From Seison nebaliae (Eukaryota): a stretch of DNA of 64,000 bases. The notes beneath the pieces were generated by a model. That model was not told the origin of the DNA, made no database searches, and saw nothing but the letters and a program-made list of their open reading frames with translations. The stretch is from contig JALJEE010002943.1 in assembly GCA_023231475.1 (NCBI GenBank), forward strand, positions 1 to 64,000. Reading direction: 5' to 3'. The translations under genes were made by a program, and so were the position numbers. Below are positions 1-13,422 of this stretch, one piece after another (position 1 is the first letter of the stretch; the number at the start of each line of letters is the position of its first letter).

Positions 1-545
1 GTAAGCCATGACATGTGGAAACGAATTGTTTCCTATGTGGATGTCACGTGAGTCATTCAGATCACGAAGAACTTCGTCAATGACTAGCCCAAAAATCCAA
101 GGGCCAAGAATAGTACCTTGACGAACACCGGAATTGATGTGAAATATTTCGCTGAGTCGATCACCGATGAAGACACGCCCCATAGATTGGTAGAAAAGAT
201 GATATAGAAATCTGAGGAGAGGAGTCTCGACGTTATGACGACACAGATAATTAAGAGCGAATGATACGTCGACAGAGTCGAAGACTTTAGAAGCATCGAG
301 AAAGAGAATGTGTAAAGAAACTTTCTTTTCTTTAGCATAAGATATAGCTGAACGAAGGGGGAAGAGAAGAGGATATGTACCGCGACACGAAGATCGGTAT
401 GCAGATTGATATGATGAAGAGAAAAAGATATGTCGATAGCGGAATAAAATGAGATTCTCCACGAGAGAAATAAAGCGAATGTGATGTCGATCTAAGATGT
501 GGATATTGTTAGCTAAAGTTAATTTATATTAACTATTGTAAGTTC

Positions 546-922
546 CTATTTAAGTTTTCTCATTTATATTTCGTCCATTTTAAGATTATTACTGTATAAT
601 CTACAATGTAATAGTTAAAAGAGATCTTTGTCCGTTCGGTTAAAAGTCCCCCTAATATTATCATTCTAACATTTATATTAGTGAAATTTGAACAAAATTT
701 TTTTTAAAATGGTAAAATGGGTTTACTTCATTCTCTTTCTACCAAAAACTCGCAATTTTGTTTTTTAAAGGAAACGGGTTAACTTCTCTCAGTTTAGAGA
801 AAAGTGGGTTAACATGTTTCTTTTTGGTTAAAAGGGAGTCAACTTCATTCTTTTTGGCAAGGTTAACATCTTTCTTTTTCGATGAGTATGGGTTAACTAC
901 TCCTTAAGGGTTAACTCCTTTC
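546..922 (+). mobile_element. 5'-truncated copy of a ~400 bp MITE (second copy at 57972-58387)
   Basis: Near-identical to 58006-58387. Keeps the right end (TATGGGTTAACTACTCCTTAAGGG-TTAA) and the internal GGGTTAAC repeats but lacks the left TIR. Confidence 0.8.
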
Positions 923-1532
923 ACCAATCCATAAATTAATATGAATTAAGCAAAAAAACATGATCAAAACACGAAAAAAACCAAAAATTTTACCTCCTTT
1001 TCTTCAAGTCAAAGAAATGAATGACGCCTGTTTCTGTATCGCTATTTATAAAAAGCAATTTTATGAATAATGAATAGTTTATCGCACTAAGCATAGAAAC
1101 AAGAGATATATTGATGGTTAAGCTAAAATGTTAAATTGCTATTTAGTAATTCTGAGGTGCAGCAGAACTAAATGAATATTTAGAAATTAATAATATGTAA
1201 AACATTAAGGATGAGTTACATAAGGATGAACCATTATTGTTGTAATCAATAATCGTTCCACAAAAGTTATTTTTCGCTTCCATACTCATCTGACACCCCA
1301 ATTATATTGCATAGATATTCCCTAACTGTTTTTGATCTAACTTTCCTTATAAAACAAACCCATCAACAATTTCTTGTATGATTTTTAATATTAATTAAAG
1401 AACAACTGAAAAATGTTTATTGATTTAACTTCGACGAATATTGCTACCCACAACGGCTAACATATTGAAAAAATTAAGAGTTTGTTTAGACAGAAAAAAA
1501 CATTTCCTTAACCGAAACATATAGAAATAACT

Positions 1533-1587
1533 AGAATTTTCTAGTCTATTCTCGAACATTCTAGAACATTCTAGAAAATTCTCGACG
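1533..1587. promoter_or_regulatory. Heat shock element (HSE) array upstream of MLF
   Basis: 10-bp periodic CTAGAACATT-like units give 7 contiguous perfect alternating TTC/GAA cores (1549-1581) plus flanking in-phase units. A TATAAATA lies at 1847-1854 and the MLF ATG at 1956. Confidence 0.7.
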
Positions 1588-1955
1588 GTCGTAATATTAC
1601 ACAACAAATCTGATAATTATCAGGTGTGTCAAATCACTGAGATATGTGGATCGGATATGTCATTAAATCGAATATATTTTAATAATCCATTGAAGCATAT
1701 CACATTGTTAGATGTTGTATGTATAATTATTAATAATAAAGAAAATGATAACTTTGCAAATGGATGAGTAGTCATATTTGTTCATCATTTATAATCTATA
1801 TGGAAAAACCCTTTTTATTTTATAATTATTAAAGGAATTTTATTGGTATAAATAGAATAAAGAATAGATAGAATTTATTAAATGTGACTTTTCCTTTATT
1901 GTTTCACTAGATTATTTTCCACACTTTTACCGCACTTTCTTATTTGTTGTGAGAA

Positions 1956-2705
1956 ATGTTTGGAAGAGATAACTGGTTCAATGATCAATTCTTCAAGTTA
2001 ATTCTAATAAATTTACTAAAAATTTAATAAATACTAAAATTATAAATTCTTTTTCACGTGTTAAGGAATGATGGAATATCTGATATGTCATCTCCGTTTA
2101 AAATGTTGGAGGGTCTAACCGGAAATTCTAACGGTGCCGTAAAACATCATCGTTCTAATAGGAAGAATAATAATGGAATGGACATTATGAATTTCAGTAG
2201 TGATTTCGGTAACATGGGTAATATGATGGCTCAATTCCAAAGCATGGATGGAAATGGTAATGATCCAAATGGTGCGTCTTTCTCTTCAGCAACAGTTATG
2301 TCTTATACGAATGATGGACAAGGTCCTCCTCAAGTCTATAAGGCAACGAATCAAGTCTCGAAAATGGGTGATATGAAAGAGACGAGAAAAGCTGTGAAAG
2401 ATTCTCGTCGACAACTAGAAAAAATGGCTATTGGACGTCATATAAAAGACCAGTCTCATGTTATTCAACGTCAGCGACATGGTGGAGGTCCCATAGAAGA
2501 AGAACAAAATTTAGAAAATTTAGATGACACCGAACTACCGTCTTTTAATCAACGATGGGAGAATTCTTATAGAAATCCTGTTGATTATTTCGGTAATCAA
2601 CCACTCCAACAATTCCCCCAACTTCAACAACAACAACAACAACATCAATATGCTCTACCAGAACCAAATCAGAGAAATAGTCGTAATAATCAAAATTATT
2701 ATTAA
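1956..2705 (+). CDS. MLF: Myeloid leukemia factor family protein (2 exons; intron 1997-2065)
   Basis: N-terminal NDQFF, then SFSSATVMSY...PPQVYKAT...ETRKAVKDS...EKMAIGRHI...EEEQNLENLDDTE...FNQRW, which are MLF-family motifs. A GTT...AAG intron keeps the frame. Confidence 0.85.
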
Positions 2706-3865
2706 TCTCCCAAAATTGTCAATCAATGATTTCAATTGGAATTTCTCAACAAATAAAAGATAAAAATATTTATTTTCTAATTTAAAATCTCATTAATTCA
2801 CCAGTGTTTTATTTTTCCACCATGCAATCACCCAATCTTTCATTCGTCTTAATTAAATAAATTTCTTCACTTACTTATCTAATGATATATTCTCCGTATT
2901 CGTTTCATTCTCTTCTATCCATAATTATCATATTCCTCATTGTCTAATTCTCTAACATTACCAAAATAATAATCTATTAATAATATAAATAATTTTAATT
3001 CGAAAACAATAAAAGGAATTATGTAAATTTAATGCAGATTAGCATACTGAATACAAAATTTCCTCATTATCTTCCATATAATAAGAAGGAATATTCCAAC
3101 GACTCTTTCACAATTAGCAAAAAGAAATAGTCATGTTCGTGTACGAATAATCGGTTAATAAAAAAAATGAACTCTTTTACATTGTTTTCTTCCACTTAAC
3201 AACCTTGTTCTATATATTTATGGTTGTAATAATATATTCAATATTATTTGCAATATAATATATTGTATATAATTATGATTGACTGATGACTATTTTATGA
3301 AATGAAATGAGAATTATTATTTAATTCGATTGTCTAGGAGGAGCAGAGTAAAACCAAAAGAGAATTGGGAGACTGTCAAAGAAATTAATTGGAACATTTT
3401 ATTAAATTACAGCATCATCTAAAAAACATTGTCAAGTGCTTGTTGTGCATCAAATAAATATCATAATGTTTTTTTGTCATTCAATTATAAATAAGAAGGA
3501 GTGAATGAAATCTATTGATGGAAAATTGAGGAGTTTGAATTAGATCGATAGTCTCCTATCAATATATTTGTCCTTTTCTATTATTTATCCTATTATATAT
3601 ATTTGATTTCCCAAGTGGTAATTTTCACAAATTATATTTTATCTTTTCATGAAAACGTGTGTGCTTATTACGTTTTGGTTGGCAGGACAACATCATCAAC
3701 TTTCCACGTCATTTTGCATAATAATAAATTTATCGTTTTCAATGTCATTTCTCATTTCCTTTTCGCGATTAGTGAATAAAGAAAATTGTTGAGTGTTGAT
3801 TTTATTGGTGCACAAACAGAAATTATGTGCCTTTATTCCCTACAACCATAATATTCAATACGTTC

Positions 3866-4916
3866 ATGTGTAATAAGAGAGAAAGAAACAACAGTCGAAT
3901 TGGACTTCGTCTAATTCTCATATCATTTGTCACGATAATTACATCACTCATCTTCTCCGGTTTAGTGCTAAACTTGACGTCACTCCAACGCATAACATTT
4001 GACGAGAATATTCTCATCGATAAAGTGAAAGAATCATCTTCCAATCAACTACATATTATTCGAATTGATCAAACGGATAAATTATTCGTTCTTGAAGAAA
4101 ATGAAGCGAATGCGCATAACGTTAACGAAATTGACATCCGACATGAATCATCAATAGATCTATCAATCTTAATCAATACAGACCAAGATAATAAGACAAT
4201 ACTCTTCTCAAATGAGCATAGTGGCGTTTGGCAAACATGTTACACTTTAAAAGGTTTTATTTTATAAAAGTATCAAATGTAATTCTCATATTTTTCTTAC
4301 AATGAAATTTATGTATTGTTAGAAAATAGTCTGAAAAAAGTTCAATTGGATTCATGTCGTCGATTGAAATTGTCAGATGGAGATGCCCAAAATGATAATA
4401 AAACTTGGTTCATCCGTTAGTAAAGATTTATCATACTCGTAACTAAAATATTGTTTCTATCAAAAATACAAAAGGAATGCAAAACATTGCAACTTGTTGC
4501 GTATTAGTTTCTTTATTGGTCAATTGTGTTTCCGTTCCAACCGCTTTAGCAGCAATTCTCAAACAATCAGTCCCATGTGCAATTACTGTGAGTGCTGAAG
4601 AAATATTAGCAAGTTAAATAAATATTTTCAACGTTGTTTATTTATTATATTACAAATTAAAGGCATTTTCAATTGTTATGCGATATTCATATTGATATCT
4701 AAACAATATTATGAGATACGTGAGAAGAATTGTTATTCATTAATTTCAATTCCAGAAATATTAGCAACACCTTATTGTTCGAGTAAAGATGGAACATTTG
4801 GTTTCTCTTTTTTTCTCTTAGTCATCAGTTCATTACTGGAAATGATTTCTTCAATAATTTGGTTCATAATCATGCATATGATGAAAGCAAAACTACAAAA
4901 CACTTATGCTTGGTAA
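3866..4916 (+). CDS. Four-TM claudin/PMP22-superfamily protein, TMEM178-like (4 exons)
   Basis: TM1, a long loop ending in HSGVWQTCY, three more hydrophobic helices and a GTFGFSF motif. Three GTT...AG introns join the exons in frame. Confidence 0.6.
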
Positions 4917-5169
4917 ACGAAAATGAAGCAATTCTAATCTTTCTTATCTTATTCCTCCAAATTCATTTAATGACCATCTTTCAATTGCTGATCAATAATC
5001 CATTACAGAAATATGCTATATTTTATAATATTGGAAATATCGTTAAAAGAGTTTTTTAAATAAAATCGATATCGATTTATTTCTGGGAATTAAAATAATA
5101 ATAATTTTTATCTCTTTCAATATCTGAATGATTATTGAGATAAACGAAGAAAATTCGATTTTCCTTTAA

Positions 5170-5713
5170 TTAATATTCCTAAAATGAAAAAAGAAAATAA
5201 ATTTTGAATTTAAGAAAAAGAAGACGAACATCTTTTTGATCACATCCACCTTTGTGGTCCAAAGCAATATGAGGATCATCTTTACATTGCTTAATTTTCA
5301 GATCGACATGTTTATATTCCTTCCCATTAGAGGCACAATATTTAGGTAGTGATGGATAAATACCGGAAAGTTGAAGTGCAATTTTTTTTGCACCAGCAGC
5401 AGCACATTCCTCTTGAAATTGTTTTATTATTTTAGAATTGATTAATTTAGAGAAATTAACTGATATCTTTCTTACACGCTCCAACACTCTTCAACTCAAC
5501 AGTTGGATCTTCACATCGTCGTTTCTGAAGGGAACATTCACTTAAGTATGTTACATGATCATTACCACATACTAGCCAATCCGAATTAATACACCATTCG
5601 TTTATATGATGTGGGTTACAATTGATCCAGGGTTTAGTGAATTGTTCCTTATAACAATCGGATAATCCCACCAGAGCAACGATTAAGAGAATTGAAAAAA
5701 TTTTCAGAAACAT
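5170..5713 (-). CDS. Secreted protein with two Kazal-type domains (3 exons)
   Basis: Signal peptide, VCGNDHVTYLSECSL..RC...GAC, and YCASNGKEY...QC...GGC. Two GTT introns; the spliced end reads ...QKDEY*. Confidence 0.8.
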
Positions 5714-6315
5714 TTTAAAGTTTGTTCGTTACTACTCCATCCAACTTTCCTTTTTATAAGTGTTCCTATTTAATTTTGAGATATTTTAATTCAAATGTCG
5801 ACCAAACATGAGGAAAAATAGCACCTGCAAATAGTTCTGTACTTTTTTCGGTCTATTTGGTAAATTTTCTATATTTACCTCAACTCATTTGGTCAATTGG
5901 TGTCTGGTTCTATTCACAAAATAATTTTCAATTAATTTTTCATTATTACTTGTGGTCTATTCACATACTTCACAATTGGTTAATTAATTGGAAATTATTT
6001 AGAAATAGAAATTATTAGAAATTAAAGATATTTATTGGAGTTACTGGGAAAATGACTAAAATTGAAGACAGATAATAAAAATCTTATAAGAAGAATGTCT
6101 CTCTGAAACGAATAAGACAAACAAAATTTCATGTAGATGCCGATTTGATTTGGTTAAGAGAAGAAAAGTGTTAAAATGTTCGAAGTAATTGATGAATTAC
6201 TTTCAGTTCTGTGTACTTTTCACTGTTACAAGTGACAACATGTGTCAATCCAATTCTCAACAATATGAACAATAAAAATCAGTAGATAAGAAAATGGTTA
6301 CAAACTTCATTTTTG

Positions 6316-6580
6316 TCATTTATTCCATATCTTTTTATCTTCTAATCTCGTTTCGAGATTTCCCATCTTCTCGCCAATTAAATAGAATTCTTTCCATACG
6401 GATATCATAATTATTTAAGGAAACAAACAAACAAAGAAAACTGTCTAAGATATACGGATAATTCTTATACATCATATGACGATATTCGATCGACGTATTC
6501 ATTTTGTGATAGACATAGTAGGTTGATAATAATAATGGAATTTCTACTACTAATCCAATTCTTAACAATTTTTTGAACAT
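6316..6580 (-). CDS. CEBPZOS: CEBPZOS-like small mitochondrial membrane protein (intron 6390-6441)
   Basis: Spliced protein MFKKLLRIGLVVEIPLLLSTYYVYHKMNTSIEYRHMMYKNYPYILDKFYLIGEKMGNLETRLEDKKIWNK resembles CEBPZOS along its whole length (from recall). Confidence 0.75.
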
Positions 6581-6827
6581 CTTTTTCCAAAGCCGAAAAT
6601 TCAAGAACTTCACTCCCTACCAAATTTCTTTTAATTCACTTATCTCTAACTTTTTTTCTTATTGTGCAGACGAAAACATTATACCACAAAAAATCTAGAT
6701 AAAACCATATTTTTGATTAAAATTATCATAAAACAAACACTGGACATTAGACAATAGCCATAGAGAGTCAAAGGTCAATCGATTGGTCAGCTGATTGAAG
6801 ATGAAAGTTTGGTTTTAGTCAATTTTC

Positions 6828-8707
6828 ATGGATAATTCCCATTTCCGTTTTCAGGTATTTAAAGATAACATTTATGGATCAATCGAATTGCCAGATCTGT
6901 GTGTGGAGATCATTAATACGAAACAATTTCAACGTCTACGAAATGTTAGTCAATTGAGCTCGCTCAAATATATCTATCCGGGAGCGAGTAATGATCGTTT
7001 CCAACATTCCATCGGGTTATATCTTTTACAGCCGAAAAGAAAGTGATAATTCTCCAATAATATCAGTACTGCTCATTTAGCTGGTGTATTCGTTCGTGCG
7101 ATTCAAGAGAAACAATCTGAATTGCATATTACTGATACAGACGTACTATGTGTACAATTGGCTGGACTGTGTCATGATTTAGGTCATGGCATTCATTCTC
7201 ATTCATTTGACACATTTATGGAGAAAGTAGAAGGAAATAATTTATGGAAAGTTCACAACAAATTCTTATTAATTTTATCAAATTCTCTCTCTTTCTCTTA
7301 TTAGCATGAATTGATGTCAATTAAAGTTTTTGAAGAGATCTTGAAACAACCACGAATTCAAGAGGTTTTCTACGTGACTTATGGAATGACAAGAATTGAT
7401 GTAGATTTCATTTGTGAAATGATTTGTGCAAGTCTCCCAATGTACAAGGAAGAAGATGTTAATTTAGATTATTATTTAAAAAATTTAATTTCTTTTATTT
7501 TATAAATACAATTTTAGAATCAATTCAAAGGTCGAACTCCAAATAAACATTTTTTATATGAAGTTTATACAAATTCTTTTCTCTTGAAGATTTATTCATT
7601 TTCATCTTATCAGATTGTCTCGAATGCAACGAATGGTATCGATGTAGATCGAATGGATTATTTATTGAGAGATTCCATGTACTTGAACATTCCAACGAAT
7701 TTCCATTACGAACGTCTAATTCATTCCATGCGTGCAATATATGTCGAAGGTCGTTATCGTCTATGTTTCCGAGATAATGTTCATATGGATCTTTTTGATT
7801 TAATCAATTCGCGACTCAATTTCCATCTTCGTGCTTATAAGCATCCTACGGGTGCGGCTATTGAAATTATGTTAATTATTCTTTGACATTTATCGTTTCC
7901 ATCTGTCATTTAGGTTCCAGGATGTATTGTTAGCAGCAAATGATCATTTACTTCTACCATATGTCGACAAGAAGACAAAGAATTTAGAAATGATGAAAAT
8001 TAATGAAATTGCCAAAAATCCAAAAGCATTCCAATTAATTGACGATACAATTTTTTCTTTAATACGATTCGATTTTCTTAAAGGAAACGAAAAGTTAAAG
8101 AATTCTGTTCATTTACTTGATCGCATCGATGAACGACGATTATATCGATTATTAGATGATCGTCCAATTAAAATTAAAGTTTTTTCTATTTTTCCATTCT
8201 TGTTTTATAAACTATTTAAATAATATTTTACAGAACATCGATATTGAATCTTTAGAAGAAAAAATTGTTGAGGTGTTCAATGATGTGGAACCTTTAGATT
8301 TCGTTCTCAATCGAAAACACATTGTCATAAAAGTCAATCTTTTCTTTTATTATTAATGCTCCTTATTAAGTAGATCATTCGATATGATTACGGAATGAAA
8401 TCAAAAAATCCTTTTGACGAAATTTTTCTTTATCGAAAGACGAATACAACACAAGCATTCAAACTCGCAGCTAATTCCGATAACGTTTCTATATTATTCA
8501 TTCGGTTGTAAAATTTAATTAAATATCCTTGTTTAGTTCCACGCACAATTTCCATCAATATGGTATCCGGAAAAGATTCAAGAAACTCGAATTCGATTAT
8601 TTGTCAAATTGGAGAATGATTTATTCGATGAAAGAATCAAAAGTTCTTTCTCCAAATCTATCCAATATCGGATATCAGATGCTGGAGAATTGACACCTGA
8701 TATGTAA
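6828..8707 (+). CDS. SAMHD1: SAMHD1-like HD-domain dNTP triphosphohydrolase lacking a SAM domain (9 exons)
   Basis: FKDNIYGSIEL, FQRLRNVSQL, YPGASNDRFQHSIG, LCHDLGHG, NGIDVDRMDYLLRD and DYGMKSKNP motifs. Eight short introns restore one frame. Confidence 0.9.
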
Positions 8708-9319
8708 GAAAAAATTTTATTAGAAATTATACGGTGCAATTTTTTCTGTTTATCTATATATCTATCTATCTACAACTACCTCTTAACGTCCAATTTATTT
8801 CTTTTTTTTTTCTTAATTATTCAAAACTTGTAAAGAAAAAATCATTAAAAATAAAACATAATCGATATCGCTTTATTTTTCTCTTCCAATTATTCCAATA
8901 TTTAAAATATCACAAATTGTATCATGTAAATCCAATTATCAATTTTACTAACAATTTCAAATGTTTTATGAGATAAATTACTGAGGGAAATAGTTGAGAA
9001 AAAATGAAGATAAATAATTTAATGAATTTCAAATATTCTTCGAGTAATCAGTCAAACAGATTTGAAATTGTAAAGTAGTTTTTAAGAAAATATTGAAAAG
9101 TGAATGGAAAAGAGGAAGATGTTCTTAAAAGAAGATTAAAATTGAAGTAATAAGGAATTAGATGAGAGTAAGAGAGAAATATTTTGTAATTCTATATGAG
9201 TCATAAGTATAATTTCTATGGTATAAAGAGAGGAGAATATTCGTATGCAATATAAACGCATATGATGCACAAACAACACATAAATCGATTTCCATGTAAA
9301 ATTAATAGTTTTGAGAGAG

Positions 9320-12300
9320 ATGACAAATGCTTTGAAGATTTTCTTTGGAATCGCATTATTCTATTCTGCAATTCATTGTAGACAATTAATTTCGGCGACG
9401 ACACATTCAGAAGAAGTCGAATTAAAATTAGTCTATAAATGTATATATCAGTCTGGTTATTATTCATTTGGTGCTCATATCAATTCAGATCTATTGATTG
9501 ATACGAGTATATTGAATATCTATCCATGGTATGATAATTTCCAAATAAGTTACCAAAAGATCTTCCGATCAGAATGTGATAATAATGGTTCGATATATTT
9601 AATGGAATATCCAATTCTTTTAATAAATTTCACTTTATTATACAGCACAATATGCAACATTTGATCCATATTATTTTGTTGAATGGTTCTTTAACCATTA
9701 TATGCAAAGACTAGATTTATATCCACCAACACCCAATGAACATAAACACTATCAATATGGTGATACATATTATTTAGACAATCGGGTATTCCAAAAGAAA
9801 TGGAATCTGAGAAGTGCAACAGAAGACCATTATCGTGCGTTGCCAGATGCAGAACCCGGATCTCCAGTAGATGAAAGTTCGACAATTGCCTGAAAATTGA
9901 AAATAAGTTCAGTTATTTCGTCTAGTTCATATTCTTCGTGAGAAAATAGGACAAATCATCAAACAGAAAGTAATTCCGATGGACGCCTTTGCAAAACATG
10001 CCAAAGAATTACACCATGACTTAAAAATGACTCCTCCAATACATGACCATTTGAGTATGCATTTGTATAATGATGGAATGAAAGAAAGTTTAATTTAAAT
10101 TATTCATAAAAACTATTTATAATTTAATGTAATTTTGTAAATGTAACTTATATTTGTTAAGAATCTGATTGTATTACGAAACCGTTTCTGGCATTTATAA
10201 TTGATATGGATCAGTTTTATGAGAACACATATGAAGGTGGAAGCATAGGAGAATTTTTCGAAAAAACAATGCGTGAAATATTAGAGTATGAAATTGATTA
10301 TATGCATTTCGCCGAAGCTGATCGAGATGTCGATTATTATGCAACTACAATTCAATTCTATTACGTCGGTAAAGGACCGCGTATGGGATCGGAGAGATAT
10401 TACAAATTCCAACTGGATGCTTGGGACCATGATTATTCAGAAGAATTGGAAAAGTTTGAAAATAGTGATTTTTATGATATGCAAAGACGCTACGGACCTG
10501 CACCTATTCATAAATTTATAGAAACAACACAAGATGCTATGTTGAAATTAAACAATTTAGTAAGAAGTTAAATGAAATTGAAATTCCGATTAATCGATAT
10601 TCTTAGACTCCAATTTAAAGATTCATCCGAAAGTCATTATTTTCGTGACGGCACAAATGCGTCAACCAATTCCTATGGAAATGTCGAAAATTATCGATAC
10701 TGATGAATTTACTTTTCGCGTCTTGGACTTGACACCGGAAACAAATAATGATTTATTGATAAGTGGTGCGTATAAAACATTTGTGGATGATTGTTATAAT
10801 TATCTTCAAATTACGATGTGGGACCCGAAATATTTCCCATCATATCATATTCGTCGATTTATGTGTGACGGTTTTATTTTAAATTTTATTTCATTCGTTT
10901 TAAATGTTTCTTTTAATCTTTTGTTTCATTAAAGTGCCATTAAAAGGAACGTTAACGCCGAAGAATAACGTAATAATCAATCGTTTATTTTATCACCCAA
11001 TTATGATGTACGCCCAAATAAAATATTCGGGGAAAAATCACATTTTTGTCAATGTTTCATTTCATTTAATATTAATGAACAATTGTACAAATATATAATT
11101 TGTTTTAGTTCGTTACAAATGTTAATGCCATTATCTATTTATCATTTGATAAACGAGTGAAACGTCCAAATGAACACTTTTATCATGTGAAAATCGTTAA
11201 GAACGAGAATGAAGGACATAATTTTATAGATAAATCAGCAATTAAAGGTTTTCGTGGTAATTTTGAAGATGAATGTCATTATTAAATCATTTATTTACAG
11301 ATGGATATATTTTTATAACGATTATTGATGCCGATCCAGATGACATCTGTCAATTATTTCTTTTATTCGTTGAATTGGGTTGGTGGTTGATATATAATAA
11401 AGAAAATTTGAATTACATTTCCGATAGATTGTGCAAATATTCAACTCCAGCAATGTATTGACGATAGTTACTCACCTAATCCTACAGCTACTTGCTCTAA
11501 ACCGTGGGACTGTGATGTTACAGTTGGAGCACTAGCATTTGGGATCACTGGTCTCAAATGTACATTCAAGTGTTCGTATTGTAAAAAGAAATGTGTAGGT
11601 TATGAATGTCAAAATTATGCGTGTGAAGATGGATATACTTTGAAATTAGTTGATGGAAAAATTATTTGTTATCAATGTCCACCATTCACTTGGGGTTATA
11701 TGTGCGGGAGAAAATGTGGATTTTGTGCTAAAGGAGTCGCTTGTCATGAAAAATCGGGATTGTGTCCCGATGGTTGTGCACCTGGTTATGGTGGTACATA
11801 TTGTTTTGGTTAATGAATATATTTTTGTATTTTTCCAATATAAATTTTTCATTTTCAGATCGAGTTTGTTCCGATTACGATAAAGAACAAAGGCGGTCGT
11901 TGAGTGTGCCATCAGAAGATTGTTCGACTTATCTAATTTGTGTAGCTAATGATCGTGATATATTGATGAGTTGTCCTCCTTTTATGGAATTTTCAGAAAA
12001 GGCTCAAGTATGTATCACAAGAGGTCATCGATGTATCAATCCATTTTGTTAGTTGATTAGTTGATCTTTTTTTTTTATTCCATCTTCGTTTTCTATAGAT
12101 ATAAATTTAGTGGTAGAATTAACAAAAAATATCGATTTTAAATATTATTTGAAGTCACCTTTCGATTGGGATAATGAACTACATCTCCCTTTCGTTAAAT
12201 ATATGTCTGATAGTCAAAAATACGATTATGTTATTGGAAGATATTTGTCTGAATTCTATATAAATGAACGATATTTCCAATGTGCAATCTTTCATACGTT

Positions 12301-12766
12301 AGTGAAATTTAATTTTTAATTTTTTTTCTTTATTAATTTTATTAAAGAATCAACTACCGAATTTATAGGAGGGAAATTAGATATGATGAGAATAATTGTC
12401 GTAATCAAGTGGTTTGTGGGGTCAATCCAACTGATAATATTTTTCCATTTCTCAAGAAATATAGAATATTCGAATGTGTTAGTCGATTCTGCTCTTTCAG
12501 TGATTCTTCAGAAAATTACAATTCTTTTACTCAGCCTAATCGAGGACATCCATGGATTGAATATCACGGATGTATATCTAATGTATATAAAATCGAAACA
12601 GCTAAATTCGTTAAAAAAACTTTGGATGATTTAAATGTACCATCTGAATTAATGATACACCCAGATCCCGATTGTGCCAATAAGTTTAGGAAATCTCGCG
12701 ACGTAGTAGTTTAATTGAATGATAAGTAATTTGTAGTTAAAAGGAAATAAATATTGTACATTCTAA
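9320..12766 (+). CDS. Multi-exon secreted protein: degenerate VWA-like region, EGF-like repeats, chitin-binding type-2 (peritrophin-A) domain
   Basis: Signal peptide MTNALKIFFGIALFYSAIHC; LAFIID..GSIG..F segment; C..C..GVACHEKSGLCPDGCAPGYGGTYC EGF unit; PSEDCSTYLIC...MSCPPFMEFSEKAQVC. The 3' end is uncertain (12714 or 12766). Confidence 0.55.
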
Positions 12767-13422
12767 GAACCTTCTTATTTCATATATTAATTATTTTATA
12801 TCTATTTAAATATTAATTTCAATATTTTCGAACAATTTTTTCTATAAATTAGTATGAGACTCCATTGCTCTCTAACATATTCTCTCACGTTTTTGTTGCT
12901 ATTTTTCTTATTTTAATAATCTAATTTTGTTATAACTTAATCTTTCTCATCTTTTTAGTTTCCAACTCCATTCAGATTTTAATAGCAATTGATAATTTAA
13001 TATTTAAATTTTATTACCATTATAAGAGTGTCAAAATTATTCATGAACCAAAATTGGTACCATTGATTTGTGTATTACGAAATTCTAATCTTCATAACTT
13101 GTCTTACTCCCGTTTATCGTAACAACGATTTTACTTTTTTCTCAAATCGTAGGATTAATCGCCAAAGCGTTTAATAATATTAATTAACTTTTTACCATTT
13201 TTTGAGATAGTTAAGATGTTGTTGAAATTTTCAGATAATGATGATCGAACAAGAGAAATGATTGTTCATTTTGTCCTACCGAAGGATTTCGGCCACCAAA
13301 GATACAACTGAACGATAGCATTCACAATTTTATATTTCAAGATTGATTTATTAGAAAAATCAATTTGAATTTGTTGATTCAATTTAACGAAATTAATTTT
13401 TTCATTATATTTTTGAAAAATT

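Noticed and set aside
13218..13311. Possible C/D box snoRNA (ATGATGA ... CTGA)
   Set aside because: No clear terminal stem and no exact rRNA complement that I could confirm; such boxes arise by chance in AT-rich DNA.
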